In this document: piece after piece, positions 36,641 to 46,221 of the stretch
How positions within the stretch are numbered: the first letter of the stretch is position 1
Layout of the letters: each line of letters opens with the position of its first letter
The notes under the pieces: generated by a model
Databases searched by the model: none
What the model was told of the DNA's origin: nothing
What the model saw: the letters and a program-made list of their open reading frames with translations, nothing else
Source of the DNA: Angustibacter luteus
Lineage (GTDB): Bacteria; Actinomycetota; Actinomycetes; Actinomycetales; Angustibacteraceae
DNA: 64,000 nt
Direction of reading: 5' to 3'
NCBI RefSeq assembly: GCF_039541115.1
Contig: NZ_BAABFP010000004.1
Span: 124,001 to 188,000, forward strand
Made by a program: the position numbers and the translations under genes

Positions 36641-38095
36641 GTGACCTCGACGCCCGCGCCGCCTTCCCCGTCCGCCTCGTCCGCCGCCCCCTCCAGCACC
36701 TCGTCCGGCACGCCGTTGGCCGACGCCGGCATCGCCCTGGGCGCGCTCGACGGCCGGTACCGCGCCGTGGTGGCACCCCTGGTCGAGCACCTGTCCGAGG
36801 CGGCGCTGAACCGTGAGCGGGTGCGCGTCGAGGTGGAGTGGTTGGGCCACCTGACGTCGTCCCAGGCGGTGCCCGGCGCGCGGGCACTGACCGACGACGA
36901 GCTGGCCCGGCTGCGCGCGGTCGTGGACTCCTTCGGTGCGGACGACGTCGCCGAGCTCGCCGAGATCGAGCGCGAGACCGTGCACGACGTCAAGGCCGTC
37001 GAGTACTACCTGAAGCGCCGGATGGCCGGGACGTCGCTGGCCGACCTCACCGAGCTCGTGCACTTCTGCTGCACCAGCGAGGACATCAACAACCTGTCCT
37101 ACGCGCTGATGGTGCGCGGCGCCGTCCAGCAGGTGTGGCTGCCGGCCGCGACCGCACTGACCGACGAGGTCGCGGCGATGGCGACGCAGCTGCGCGACGT
37201 CCCGATGCTGGCCCGCACGCACGGCCAGCCCGCGACGCCGACCACGCTCGGCAAGGAGTTGGCGGTGCTCGCCCACCGGCTGCGTCGCCAGCTGAGCCGG
37301 ATCGAGCGGGCCGAGTACCTGGGCAAGATCAACGGTGCGACCGGCACGTACGGCGCGCACCTGGCCGCCGTACCGGACACCGACTGGGTCGAGGTGTCCC
37401 GCGGCTTCGTCGAGCACCTCGGGCTGACCTGGAACCCGCTGACCACCCAGATCGAGTCGCACGACTGGCAGGCCGAGCTGTACGCGGACCTCGCCCGCTT
37501 CAACCGGGTGCTGCACAACCTCTGCACGGACGTGTGGACGTACATCTCGGTGGGCTACTTCGTGCAGGTCCGCGGTCAGGGGACGGTCGGCTCCTCGACG
37601 ATGCCGCACAAGGTCAACCCGATCCGGTTCGAGAACGCCGAGGCGAACCTCGAGATCTCGTCTGCCCTGCTCGACGTGCTCGCCCAGACACTGGTCACCA
37701 GCCGGCTGCAGCGCGACCTCACCGACTCCTCGACGCAGCGCAACATCGGCACCGCCTTCGGGCACTCGCTGCTCGCCCTCGACAACGCGCGACGCGGGCT
37801 GGCCGGGCTGGACGCCGCGCCGGAGGCGATGGCCCGCGACCTGGACGCGAACTGGGAGGTGCTCGGCGAAGCGGTCCAGTCGGCGATGCGTGCGGCTGGG
37901 ATCGCCGGGGCGCCGGGCATGGACGAGCCCTACGAGCGACTCAAGGAGCTCACCCGCGGACGCCGCGTGGACGGTGCGGCCATGCGCGCGTTCATCGGTG
38001 GGCTCGGCCTGCCGGACGACGTCCGGGCGCGGCTCGAGGCGATGACCCCGTCGACGTACACCGGCCTCGCGTCAGCCCTCGTCGACCACCTCTGA
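36641..38095 (+). CDS. purB: Adenylosuccinate lyase
   Basis: LDGRY, HDVKAVEY, TSEDINN, RTHGQPATPTT.GKE, SSTMPHKVNPI.FENAE; start may be ATG 36632 or GTG 36641. Confidence 0.95.
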   Translation: MTSTPAPPSPSASSAAPSSTSSGTPLADAGIALGALDGRYRAVVAPLVEHLSEAALNRERVRVEVEWLGHLTSSQAVPGARALTDDELARLRAVVDSFGADDVAELAEIERETVHDVKAVEYYLKRRMAGTSLADLTELVHFCCTSEDINNLSYALMVRGAVQQVWLPAATALTDEVAAMATQLRDVPMLARTHGQPATPTTLGKELAVLAHRLRRQLSRIERAEYLGKINGATGTYGAHLAAVPDTDWVEVSRGFVEHLGLTWNPLTTQIESHDWQAELYADLARFNRVLHNLCTDVWTYISVGYFVQVRGQGTVGSSTMPHKVNPIRFENAEANLEISSALLDVLAQTLVTSRLQRDLTDSSTQRNIGTAFGHSLLALDNARRGLAGLDAAPEAMARDLDANWEVLGEAVQSAMRAAGIAGAPGMDEPYERLKELTRGRRVDGAAMRAFIGGLGLPDDVRARLEAMTPSTYTGLASALVDHL

Positions 38096-38101
38096 CCCAC
38101 C

Positions 38102-38197
38102 CCGGCCGCCACCGCCAACCGCAGATGTCCCGCTATCCGGGGTCAAGAGCGACCCTTCACCCCGGATGTTGGAACATCTGGGCGAAGGGGCGGCCGG
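38102..38197. repeat. Long imperfect palindrome between convergent genes (bidirectional terminator or REP-like)
   Basis: Nested arms CCGGCCGCC/GGCGGCCGG, CAGATGT/ACATCTG, ATCCGGGGT/ACCCCGGAT. Confidence 0.7.
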
Positions 38198-38836
38198 TCA
38201 GATGGTGACGGGGCCGTTCGGGGTGTCGAACCGGCAGGACAGCAGGCCGGGCGTGCCGTGCGGCGCCACGAACTCGAAGTCCACGGACGACGGCTTGTAG
38301 TCCTCGGGCAGGCCGAGCCACTCGGTCACCCGGTTCGGGTCGCCGGCGATCTGCAGGCAGGACAGCTGGACGAGCGTCGGGCCGGCCTGCGAGGGGTGCA
38401 GCTCGTCGTCGATCTCCCACTGCACGAGGAACGGCAGCTGCGGGTCGGCGATCAGGCCCTTGACGCCGATCTGCTTCCAGCGCAGCTCGACGCCGTCCGG
38501 GCGGTGCCGGTTGCCGGGTGCGGCCTCGCGGCCGAGCCGCTCCTCCGCCGGACCGAGGTCGTCCACCGCGACGACCCAGCCGAGCCAGCCGCCACCGTCC
38601 GCGCTGCGCGCCCGGACGGCCTGGCCGAAGGGCGCCTTGTCGGACGCCGGGTGGTCGAGCACCTCGACGACCTCGACGAACTGCCGGTCCTGCAGCGGCA
38701 AGATCATGTTGCGCGTACCGAACCGCGGGTGCACCCCGCCGTCGACGGCCTGGACGCCGAGTGCGTCGGACAGGCGCTGTGCGGTCTCGCGCAGACCGCC
38801 GCTCTCTGCGGCGTAGGACACGTGGTCGACTCGCAT
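38198..38836 (-). CDS. VOC-family (glyoxalase-like) protein
   Basis: MRVDHVSYAA, GGVHPRFGTRN..LPL, WLGWVV, PF..QW. Confidence 0.85.
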   Translation of the reverse strand: MRVDHVSYAAESGGLRETAQRLSDALGVQAVDGGVHPRFGTRNMILPLQDRQFVEVVEVLDHPASDKAPFGQAVRARSADGGGWLGWVVAVDDLGPAEERLGREAAPGNRHRPDGVELRWKQIGVKGLIADPQLPFLVQWEIDDELHPSQAGPTLVQLSCLQIAGDPNRVTEWLGLPEDYKPSSVDFEFVAPHGTPGLLSCRFDTPNGPVTI

Positions 38837-38900
38837 GTTCGAAGGGTGCCACACCCGCTGAGGGGGCCTGCGGGCAGGTCGGAAACCGGCCCCGAACAGA

Positions 38901-40109
38901 TCAGCGGCGGGCCTCGAGGAACACGGCGAGCCGCCCGATCGCGTCCGTGAGGTCGTCCACGTGCGGGAGCGTGACGATACGCAGGTGGTCGGGGTCCGGC
39001 CAGTTGAAACCGGTGCCCTGGACCAGCAGCAGGTGCTGCTCGCGCAGCAGCTCGAGCACGAGCTGCTGGTCGTCCTTGATCGGGTAGACGGCCGGGTCGA
39101 GGCGGGGGAACAGGTAGAGCGCGCCCTGGGGGCGCGTGCAGGAGACCCCGGGGATCTGCTCGAGCAGTGCCAGCGCCGTGTCCCGCTGCTCGCGCAACCG
39201 TCCGCCGGGCAGCACCAGCGACTCCAGTCCGTGCTCGCCGCCGAGCGCGGTCGCCACCGCGTGCTGGGCCGGCACGTTGGCGCACAGCCGCATGTTCGCC
39301 AGCACGGTCAGGCCCTCGATGTAGCTCGCCGCGCCGCGAGTCGGCCCGGACACCACGAGCCAGCCGGACCGGAAGCCAGCCAGCCGGTACGCCTTGGACA
39401 ACCCGTTGAAGGTCAGGCAGAGCACGTCCGGCGCCAGCGAGGCCGTCGCCACGTGCTGCGCGTCGTCGTACAGGATCTGGTCGTAGATCTCGTCGCTGAA
39501 GAGCACGAGCCCGTGCGTGCGGGCCAGCTCGACCATCCCCTCCAGCACCGGCAGGCCGTAGACGGCACCGGTCGGGTTGTTCGGGTTGATCACCACGATC
39601 GCGCGGGTGCGCGGCCCGATCTTGGCCGCGAGGTCGTCCAGGTCAGGCTGCCAACCGGACGCCTCGTCGCACCGGTAGTGCACCGGACGCCCGCCGGCCA
39701 GGGACGTCGCCGCCGTCCACAGCGGGTAGTCCGGCGCCGGGATCAGCACCTCGTCGCCGTCGTCCAGCAACGCCTGGAGCGCCATCACGATGAGCTCGCT
39801 GACCCCGTTGCCCAGGTACACGTCGTCCACGTCGATGCCCTCGACGCCCTTGCCCTGGTGGTACTGGACGACGGCCCGCCTCGCCGAGACCAGCCCCTGG
39901 GAGTCGCAGTACCCCTGCGAACCGGGCAGTGCAGCGACGACGTCCGCCAGGATCCCCTCCGGCGCCTCGAAGCCGAACGGCGCCGGGTTGCCGATGTTGA
40001 GCTTGAGGATCCGGTGGCCCTCGCGCTCCAGCCGCTGCGCCTCGGACAGGACGGGCCCGCGGATGTCGTAGCAGACCTCGGCGAGCTTGCGTGATTGCAG
40101 GACGGTCAC
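38901..40109 (-). CDS. Class I PLP aminotransferase, AlaA-type
   Basis: YDIRGPV, LNIGNPAPFGF, GNGVSELI, NPNNPTG, SDEIYD, GLSKAYRLAGFRSGW. Confidence 0.9.
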   Translation of the reverse strand: MTVLQSRKLAEVCYDIRGPVLSEAQRLEREGHRILKLNIGNPAPFGFEAPEGILADVVAALPGSQGYCDSQGLVSARRAVVQYHQGKGVEGIDVDDVYLGNGVSELIVMALQALLDDGDEVLIPAPDYPLWTAATSLAGGRPVHYRCDEASGWQPDLDDLAAKIGPRTRAIVVINPNNPTGAVYGLPVLEGMVELARTHGLVLFSDEIYDQILYDDAQHVATASLAPDVLCLTFNGLSKAYRLAGFRSGWLVVSGPTRGAASYIEGLTVLANMRLCANVPAQHAVATALGGEHGLESLVLPGGRLREQRDTALALLEQIPGVSCTRPQGALYLFPRLDPAVYPIKDDQQLVLELLREQHLLLVQGTGFNWPDPDHLRIVTLPHVDDLTDAIGRLAVFLEARR

Positions 40110-40234
40110 CCGAGCAGTCTCCCAGGCGGATCGGGGTGCGCGTCGAGACCCCACGAGGCGCCCGACGGGCTACCGTTGGCCTGCCAGGTGCAGCAGTCCG
40201 CCCGGACGGCTCGCGCACGGCCGAGGAGCAGCAG

Positions 40235-40645
40235 ATGACGGTGCGGGTGGTCCCGGCCGCCGAGCCGCCGCCTGGCGAGCCCGTCGGCAGCTGGCCGCTG
40301 CGCCCTGAGCCGAGCAGCGCGAGGTTGGCGCGCCGGCTCGTCACCCAGGCGATGGACGGCGCCCAGGAGCAGGTCCTGCGCCGGGCTGCCCTGGTCACCA
40401 GCGAGCTCGTCTCGAACAGCGTCCGGCACGCCCGCGGCGGCATGTCCCTGGCGCTGAACCGGCTGAACGGCGGTTGGATCGTCGCCGTCGCGGACGACAG
40501 CAGCGCCCCACCTCAGCTGCGGGACGCCGGACCGTTGTCGGAGAACGGCCGCGGCATGCTCATCGTCGACCGGGTCAGCGAGCAGCTCGGCTGGTCACGC
40601 ACGCCCACCGGCAAGGTCGTCTGGGCGCAGTTCGCCGACCGCTGA
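40235..40645 (+). CDS. HATPase_c / RsbW-like ATP-binding protein
   Basis: LVTSELVSNSVRHA, ENGRGMLIV, GKVVWA; GAGGAG RBS. Confidence 0.85.
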   Translation: MTVRVVPAAEPPPGEPVGSWPLRPEPSSARLARRLVTQAMDGAQEQVLRRAALVTSELVSNSVRHARGGMSLALNRLNGGWIVAVADDSSAPPQLRDAGPLSENGRGMLIVDRVSEQLGWSRTPTGKVVWAQFADR

Positions 40646-42574
40646 CCGCTCGCGGCACCACGCCTGCCAGGCCGCGTCCGGCATGGCCGGCGCGTAGTGG
40701 AACCCCTGGGCCACGTCGCAGCCCATGTCGTCCAGCGCCGCCAGGGTCGCGGCGTCCTCGACCCCCTCGGCGACCACGAGCATGCCCAGCGAGTGCGCGA
40801 GGTCCACGACGGTGCGCACCAGCCGCGCGTCGGTGGGCCGCCCGGTCACGTCCCGGACGAACGAGCGGTCGACCTTGAGCTCGCTGACGGGCAGTGTCCG
40901 CAGGTGGCTGAGTGAGGAGTAGCCCGTGCCGAAGTCGTCGAGGGACAGCCGCACCCCCTGGTCGGTCAGGTTCGTCAGCGCGGCCAGGATGCGTGGCCGC
41001 TCGGCCATCAGGGCGCTCTCGGTGATCTCCAGGGTGAGCCGCTCGGCCGGGACCCCGTGCCGCTCCAGGGCGGCCAGTACGTCGGGTACGAGCTGTCGGT
41101 CCTGCAGGCACCGGGTGGAGAGGTTGACCGCGACGCTCACGTCGAGGTCGGCGGCGTGCCAGCCGGCCGCCGCGGCGAGCGCCTGGTCCAGCACGGAGCG
41201 GGTGAGCGGGTGGATCAGGTCACCGGCCTCGACGACGTCCAGGAACGCCGCGGGTGGCAGCATCCCGCGGGTGGGGTGGTACCAGCGCACCAGGGCCTCG
41301 GCCCCGCACACCTCGCCGGTGCGCAGGTCGACCTGGGGCTGGAAGTGCGGCCGCAGCTCGCCGGCGGTCAGGCCGCGGCGGACCTGCCCGGCCAGCCCGA
41401 GCTGGTTCCGTGGGCGGACGTCGCTCTGCGGGTCGTAGAAGGCGATGCCGGACCCGCTGCGGCGGGCCACGGACGTCGCGGTCTCGACCCGCCGGAGCAC
41501 GCTGGCCGCGCTGTCGCCGTCCCGCGGGGCGAGGACGACGCCGCACGCCACCTCGAGGTCCACGGACAGGCCGTCGAGCTCGAACGGGACCTGCACGGCG
41601 GCCCGCACGTCCTCGGCGACCTGCTGCGCCTGCTGGGGTCGCTGCACGCCGGGCAGCAGCACGATGAACTCGTCACCGGCCAGCCGGCCGAGGGTGGCCG
41701 TGCTGGGCAGGACGGGGCTGATCCGCGGCCCCATGCTGACCAGCAACCGGTCACCGGCGGAGTGGCCGAGCACGGCGTTGACCTCGCGGAAGGCCGTCAG
41801 GTTCAGGGCGATCACGGCCACGGGTTCGCCGTCGCGCAGCAGGCGGTCGATCTCCCGCGAAATGAGCACCCAGCTGGGCAGGTCGGTGAGGCCGTCGTGG
41901 GTGTCGCGGTGCTCGAGCAGGGCGCGGGCGGCGTCCTCCCGGGTGCGGACGACGTCCGCGTGCAGCCGCGCCTGCTCGATGGCCATCGCGGCGACGACGG
42001 CGAACATCTCGAGCAGCCCGAGCTGGTCCTGCGTCGGCACCAGCCCGTCGTCCGGGACGTCGACGGACAGCACGCCGATCAGGCCGTGGGACGGCGATTG
42101 CAAGGGGACGTAGAGGCCGTCCTCCCGGCGCCAGACGCGTCGCCCCTGCGCGGGGACCGGCGGCAGGTCGCGGGGGGCGGGCTGCCAGACGATGTGGCCG
42201 TCGGCCCGCCACTCGTCCAGCTTGTCGGGCTCCAGCCACCGCACGGTGCCGCCGGGACCGTCGGGGCGGCTCTGGTCGATCTGCCGCTGCCACATGTCGA
42301 GGGGCACCGAGCTCTCGGTGAGCACCCGCTTGGCGTCCTCGTCGCCGGCGACGGCGGCGGCCACCAGCAGGCCGTCGTCGCGGGTCACGTGCACGGCGGC
42401 CACCTGGAACCCGAGGTTCTCCACCACGCAGGCGACGATCCGCTCAAGCGTCGGCTCGAGCTGCAGACCCACGTGGACGTCGCTCAGGCTCTCGTAGAGG
42501 GCAGCGAGCGCGGCCGTGCCGCTGGCGCCGCGCAGGGCAGCCGCGACCGTCGTCTCACCGGCCCACCCTGACAT
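40595..42574 (-). CDS. GAF-GGDEF-EAL protein (GGDEF degenerate, probably a phosphodiesterase)
   Basis: GAF (VPL...GLIGVLSVD), AGDEF, EALVRW, LEITES, DDFGTGYSSL, KVDRSF, AEGVE. Confidence 0.9.
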   Translation of the reverse strand: MSGWAGETTVAAALRGASGTAALAALYESLSDVHVGLQLEPTLERIVACVVENLGFQVAAVHVTRDDGLLVAAAVAGDEDAKRVLTESSVPLDMWQRQIDQSRPDGPGGTVRWLEPDKLDEWRADGHIVWQPAPRDLPPVPAQGRRVWRREDGLYVPLQSPSHGLIGVLSVDVPDDGLVPTQDQLGLLEMFAVVAAMAIEQARLHADVVRTREDAARALLEHRDTHDGLTDLPSWVLISREIDRLLRDGEPVAVIALNLTAFREVNAVLGHSAGDRLLVSMGPRISPVLPSTATLGRLAGDEFIVLLPGVQRPQQAQQVAEDVRAAVQVPFELDGLSVDLEVACGVVLAPRDGDSAASVLRRVETATSVARRSGSGIAFYDPQSDVRPRNQLGLAGQVRRGLTAGELRPHFQPQVDLRTGEVCGAEALVRWYHPTRGMLPPAAFLDVVEAGDLIHPLTRSVLDQALAAAAGWHAADLDVSVAVNLSTRCLQDRQLVPDVLAALERHGVPAERLTLEITESALMAERPRILAALTNLTDQGVRLSLDDFGTGYSSLSHLRTLPVSELKVDRSFVRDVTGRPTDARLVRTVVDLAHSLGMLVVAEGVEDAATLAALDDMGCDVAQGFHYAPAMPDAAWQAWCRERSAVGELRPDDLAGGRA

Positions 42575-42737
42575 CCGCGACCCCCGTCCGGACTGCGGCT
42601 GCACGCACCTGAGCGCCAAGTCAACCACCCGTCCGTCCCGTCTGGCCCGGAAAGTCCACCGTTGGGCCTCGACCACGAGCTCCGAGGTGGTCCGGCTGCG
42701 TTCGGAGCGCGCGCCGGCGGACCGTAGGGTCAGGCGG

Positions 42738-43373
42738 GTGAGCACCCCGGACGACGCCGCCGACGCGCCGCTGCTGGACGCCCTGAGGCAGCGCGACCTC
42801 GTCTTCGTCCGGACCCAGGACCAGCGCAGCGTCGTGGTCGAGCACGAGGGCCGGCGCGTGCTCGTCGCCTGCACGGATCGGGCGATCCTCGCGGACTGGT
42901 GGGTCCAGCACGCCGGGCCGGACGCCGAGGCACCCTCGATCGCGGAGCTGCCGTTCCGCCAGCTCGTTGGCCTGTGGGCCGCACCGGACGTCGACCTGCT
43001 CATCGACCCGGACGCCGGCGGCGGTGTCGTCGTGCCCGTCGGCGCGGCCCGCCGCCACCTCGGGCTCGGCCCGGTCGTCGCCGGCCGTGTCGGGGCGGGT
43101 GAGGGTTCGGCCGAGCCACTGCCGTTCGTCGGGTTCAGCGGTGGTCGGACCGGCATCCGGGTGCCGCTGGTCCTGCTGCTCTCCTGCGTCCTGCTCATCC
43201 TGATCGGCCTTGGCAGCGGCTCGCTGTGGCTGCTCCTGGTCGCCGTGCTCGGGATCGGCGCCGCGATCGCGCTCGGCCACCGGGCGTTCGGCGAGCTGCG
43301 ACAGGCCCGGCGCGCCACCGCCCGGCTCGCCGAGTCCGAACGGCTGCTCAAGCAGGAGCGACCCGGGCCGTAG
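42738..43373 (+). CDS. Hypothetical protein: SseB-like N-terminal domain plus two C-terminal TM helices
   Basis: GRRVLVACTD...LLIDP pattern, hydrophobic C-terminus; TAGGGT-N7-GTG. Confidence 0.55.
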   Translation: MSTPDDAADAPLLDALRQRDLVFVRTQDQRSVVVEHEGRRVLVACTDRAILADWWVQHAGPDAEAPSIAELPFRQLVGLWAAPDVDLLIDPDAGGGVVVPVGAARRHLGLGPVVAGRVGAGEGSAEPLPFVGFSGGRTGIRVPLVLLLSCVLLILIGLGSGSLWLLLVAVLGIGAAIALGHRAFGELRQARRATARLAESERLLKQERPGP

Positions 43374-43379
43374 CGACCG

Positions 43380-43814
43380 TCAGCCCAGCGGGGGCATCCC
43401 GTACGTGCGGGTGACGGTGAACCGCACGACGAGCCGCTCCTCGGCGACCATCGCGGCCCGGAACTCGTCCCAGTCCGGGTGCTCGCCGTTCAGCTCCCGG
43501 TAGTGCTCGACCAGCTCGTCGACCGTGGCGTCGTCCGGCCGCTGGGCGACCGCGCCCAGCTCGGCGTCCCCCTCGGCCACGACGTACGGGCGCATCTGCT
43601 CAGTGGTCGCCAGCAGGCTGATCCGCGGGTCGCGACGCAGGTTCGCGGTCTTGGCCAGCGGCGACCGGGTGGAGATGCGGACCACGGCGGTGGCCAGGTC
43701 GCAGTGGTACGAGACGACGGACAGCTGCGGGCGACCGTCCCGCTTGATCGTCGTCAGGATGCCGCGGCGCAGGCGGCCGAGCAGGGCGAGGTGGGCGTTC
43801 GGCTCGTCGGGCAT
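43380..43814 (-). CDS. PPOX-class F420-dependent oxidoreductase
   Basis: LTTIKRDGRPQLS, KTANLRRDPR, EHPDWDEFRAAM. Confidence 0.9.
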   Translation of the reverse strand: MPDEPNAHLALLGRLRRGILTTIKRDGRPQLSVVSYHCDLATAVVRISTRSPLAKTANLRRDPRISLLATTEQMRPYVVAEGDAELGAVAQRPDDATVDELVEHYRELNGEHPDWDEFRAAMVAEERLVVRFTVTRTYGMPPLG

Positions 43815-43817
43815 GAG

Positions 43818-44063
43818 CTACTGCTGGTATCCCTCGACCTCGGACGCCGGGCGGGCCGCCGCCGCGTCCGGGTCGGTCCCGGCGTCGCGCCGGGCGTCGC
43901 GCTGGCGCAGCAGGTCCCAGCACTGGTCGAGCTGGACCTCCAGGTCGCGCAGCTGGGCGCGCTCGTCGTCCGAGGTGATCTCGCCGGCCTGGAGGCGCCG
44001 GCGCAGCTCGTGCTCGGCGTCCACGAGTCCGGAGATGCTCTGGTGGATCGAGGTGTCGTCCAT
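43818..44063 (-). CDS. DUF2630-family small protein
   Basis: LEVQLDQCWDLLRQR.ARR...VEGY. Confidence 0.85.
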   Translation of the reverse strand: MDDTSIHQSISGLVDAEHELRRRLQAGEITSDDERAQLRDLEVQLDQCWDLLRQRDARRDAGTDPDAAAARPASEVEGYQQ

Positions 44064-44107
44064 GGTCGCCATCCTCACCCCGGCACCCGTCGCTCAGCAA
44101 GGGCGGC

Positions 44108-44620
44108 TCAGAACAGCAGGTCGGCCTCGAGGTCGAGCAGGAACCGCTTGCGCTGCAAGCCGCCACCGAAGCCGGTCAGCGACCCGTCCGCGCCGATCAC
44201 CCGGTGGCACGGCACCACGACCGGCAGGGGGTTCGACCCGTTCGCCGAGCCGACCGCCCGGGAGGCCTGCGGTCCCAGCTCCAGTCGCGCCGCGATGTCA
44301 CCGTACGACCGCGTCGCGCCGTACGGGATCTCGCGCAGCGCCGACCAGACCCTCAGCTGGAACCCGCTGCCGGAGGGTGCCAGCGGCAGGTCGAACTCCC
44401 TGCGCTCGCCGGCGAAGTACTCGCCGAGCTGGGCCTCGACGTCGGCGAACAGCGCGAGGCCGTCGTCCTGCACCGGCTCCGGCAGTCGCGCCAGCTGCCG
44501 GTCGTGCGGCGCGAACCAGAGCCCAGTCAGCGACTCGCCGTCCGACACCGCCAGCAGGTCGTCCACCGGGCTGGCCAGCAGCGTCCAGCGGTGCTGGACG
44601 CGCTCGCGGACGTCGGTCAT
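44108..44620 (-). CDS. ogt: Methylated-DNA-[protein]-cysteine S-methyltransferase (Ogt copy 1)
   Basis: SPV, FQ.RVW..L..IPYG.T.SYG, RAVG.ANG.NP...VVPCHRVIG; ATGA-coupled to EamA gene. Confidence 0.93.
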   Translation of the reverse strand: MTDVRERVQHRWTLLASPVDDLLAVSDGESLTGLWFAPHDRQLARLPEPVQDDGLALFADVEAQLGEYFAGERREFDLPLAPSGSGFQLRVWSALREIPYGATRSYGDIAARLELGPQASRAVGSANGSNPLPVVVPCHRVIGADGSLTGFGGGLQRKRFLLDLEADLLF

Positions 44621-45567
44621 GCCTCAGCCTCCCGCGAAGCACCGACAGGCGCCGCACCGACCACGGGCGGTGCCGCCGGTCGCCGCCGGGACAGGGCCAC
44701 CCCGAGCAGGCACACCGCGCCCCCGGCCACCGCACCGATCGGCGGCGTCTCGTCGAGCAGCAGCCAGCCCAGGGCGATGGCGAGCGGCGGCACCAGGTAG
44801 GTGGTGGAGCCGAGCCGCCCCGCCGAGCTGCGGGCCAGCGCGTACGCCCAGGTGGTGAAGGCGATGGCCGTCGGGAAGATCCCCAGGTAGAGCACCCACC
44901 ACGCGGCCGACGGACCGGCCGCCGTCAGGTCGCGCCACAGGTCGGCGGCGAACGGCAAGCAGCACAGGCCGCCGATCGTGCACGCGATCCACGTCACCTG
45001 CAGGGCAGGCAAGGCAGCCAGCAGCGGCTTCTGCGCGATCACCGCGACGGCGTAGGCGACGGCAGCGGCCAGGCAGAGCACGACCCCCCACCCGTCCGTG
45101 GAGTCGGCGGTCGAGGTCGAGACCCCGATCAGCACGACGCCGGCGAAGGCGACCAGGCTGCCGACCAGGAGCCGCTGCGGGAAGCCCTCGCCGAGCAACA
45201 GCCCGGCCAGCACCGCGATCAGGATCGGTCCGACGTTGACCAGCATCGCCGCCGTCCCGGCGTCCACCCGCTGCTCCGCAGCGTTCAGCGCCACGTTGTA
45301 CGCCCCGAACCACAGGACGCCGCACACCACCAGGCGTACCCACTGCGCCCGCGTGGGCCGCGGGGCGGCAACGGCGCCCTCGCGCCGACGCCGCGCGAGC
45401 AGCAGCCCGCCGAGCACCAGGCTGGCCACCAGGCACCGGCCCAGGGTCAGCGCACCGGGCGAGACGTCGTCCCCGACGTGCCGGATGGCGACGAAGGCCG
45501 ACGCCCACAGCAGCACGGTGATCCCGATGGCCAGGGCGGAGCGGCGGTTCTGCGTCATGGTTCCCAT
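44617..45567 (-). CDS. EamA/DMT-family transporter
   Basis: LWASAFVAIR, about 10 TMs, YLVPP; ATG 45567 directly follows the ECF-type promoter. Confidence 0.88.
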   Translation of the reverse strand: MGTMTQNRRSALAIGITVLLWASAFVAIRHVGDDVSPGALTLGRCLVASLVLGGLLLARRRREGAVAAPRPTRAQWVRLVVCGVLWFGAYNVALNAAEQRVDAGTAAMLVNVGPILIAVLAGLLLGEGFPQRLLVGSLVAFAGVVLIGVSTSTADSTDGWGVVLCLAAAVAYAVAVIAQKPLLAALPALQVTWIACTIGGLCCLPFAADLWRDLTAAGPSAAWWVLYLGIFPTAIAFTTWAYALARSSAGRLGSTTYLVPPLAIALGWLLLDETPPIGAVAGGAVCLLGVALSRRRPAAPPVVGAAPVGASREAEA

Positions 45568-45571
45568 GACT

Positions 45572-45604
45572 GGTGAACGTCGGGGCGGGACGTTTCGTGA
45601 GGTG
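45572..45604 (-). promoter_or_regulatory. ECF-type promoter, copy A: CACCTCACG-N15-ACGTTCACC
   Basis: 17 of 18 box bases and the spacing match 51279-51311; start codon 4 nt downstream. Confidence 0.75.
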
Positions 45605-45615
45605 CGAACGGTCCC

Positions 45616-46149
45616 TCAGCCCACCTCGTACTCCCAGCCGGGCTGCCACCCGAACTCGGTGCTCAGCAGCTGCTCGAGCGAGCGTCCGCGCAGTGCGACC
45701 TCCAGCCCGTACCGGGTGGCGACGTGGCCGACCACCAGCACCCGCCGTCCGGACCAGCGGGTCGGCAGGTCGGCGAGCAGCCCGGCCACCCGGGCGGTTG
45801 CCTGGCGCCAGCTCTCCCCGCCCGGGTAGGGGAGGTCGAGGTGGACGAGCCGGTCTGCGAGGACGACGTCGCGGCCCGCGCCGTTCCAGTCCCCGTAGTC
45901 GCACTCACGCAGCCGCCAGTCCTGCAGCACGGGCAGCCGGCCCGCGAAGGCCAGCTCGGTGGTCTGCACGGCGCGGGCGAGGTCCGAGGTGAAGACGGCG
46001 TCGATCCCGTCGCCCAGCCGTCGCCGGCCCAGCTCGGCCGCCTGCTCCCGGCCGGCCCCGGACAGCTCCCCCGGCAGCCACCCGGTCGCCGCCCCCCGCT
46101 CGTTGTCGACGGTCGTCGCATGGGTCTCGAACACGACAGCGACGGTCAC
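45616..46149 (-). CDS. Histidine phosphatase family protein
   Basis: ETHA.T.DN, SDLARA.QT, LRECDYG, PGGES, VVGH; TAACGT-N7-GTG. Confidence 0.85.
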   Translation of the reverse strand: MTVAVVFETHATTVDNERGAATGWLPGELSGAGREQAAELGRRRLGDGIDAVFTSDLARAVQTTELAFAGRLPVLQDWRLRECDYGDWNGAGRDVVLADRLVHLDLPYPGGESWRQATARVAGLLADLPTRWSGRRVLVVGHVATRYGLEVALRGRSLEQLLSTEFGWQPGWEYEVG

Positions 46150-46185
46150 GCCCGTCACGTTAGGGCAACCCGGCCTGCTGGACTG

Positions 46186-46212
46186 CTCAACCCACGCCGG
46201 GTTCAGGCCGAT
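46186..46212 (+). promoter_or_regulatory. Sigma28 (FliA/WhiG)-type promoter CTCA-N17-GCCGAT
   Basis: CTCAAcccacgccgggttcagGCCGAT 9 nt before GTG 46222. Confidence 0.55.
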
Positions 46213-46221
46213 GGGCAGCAC

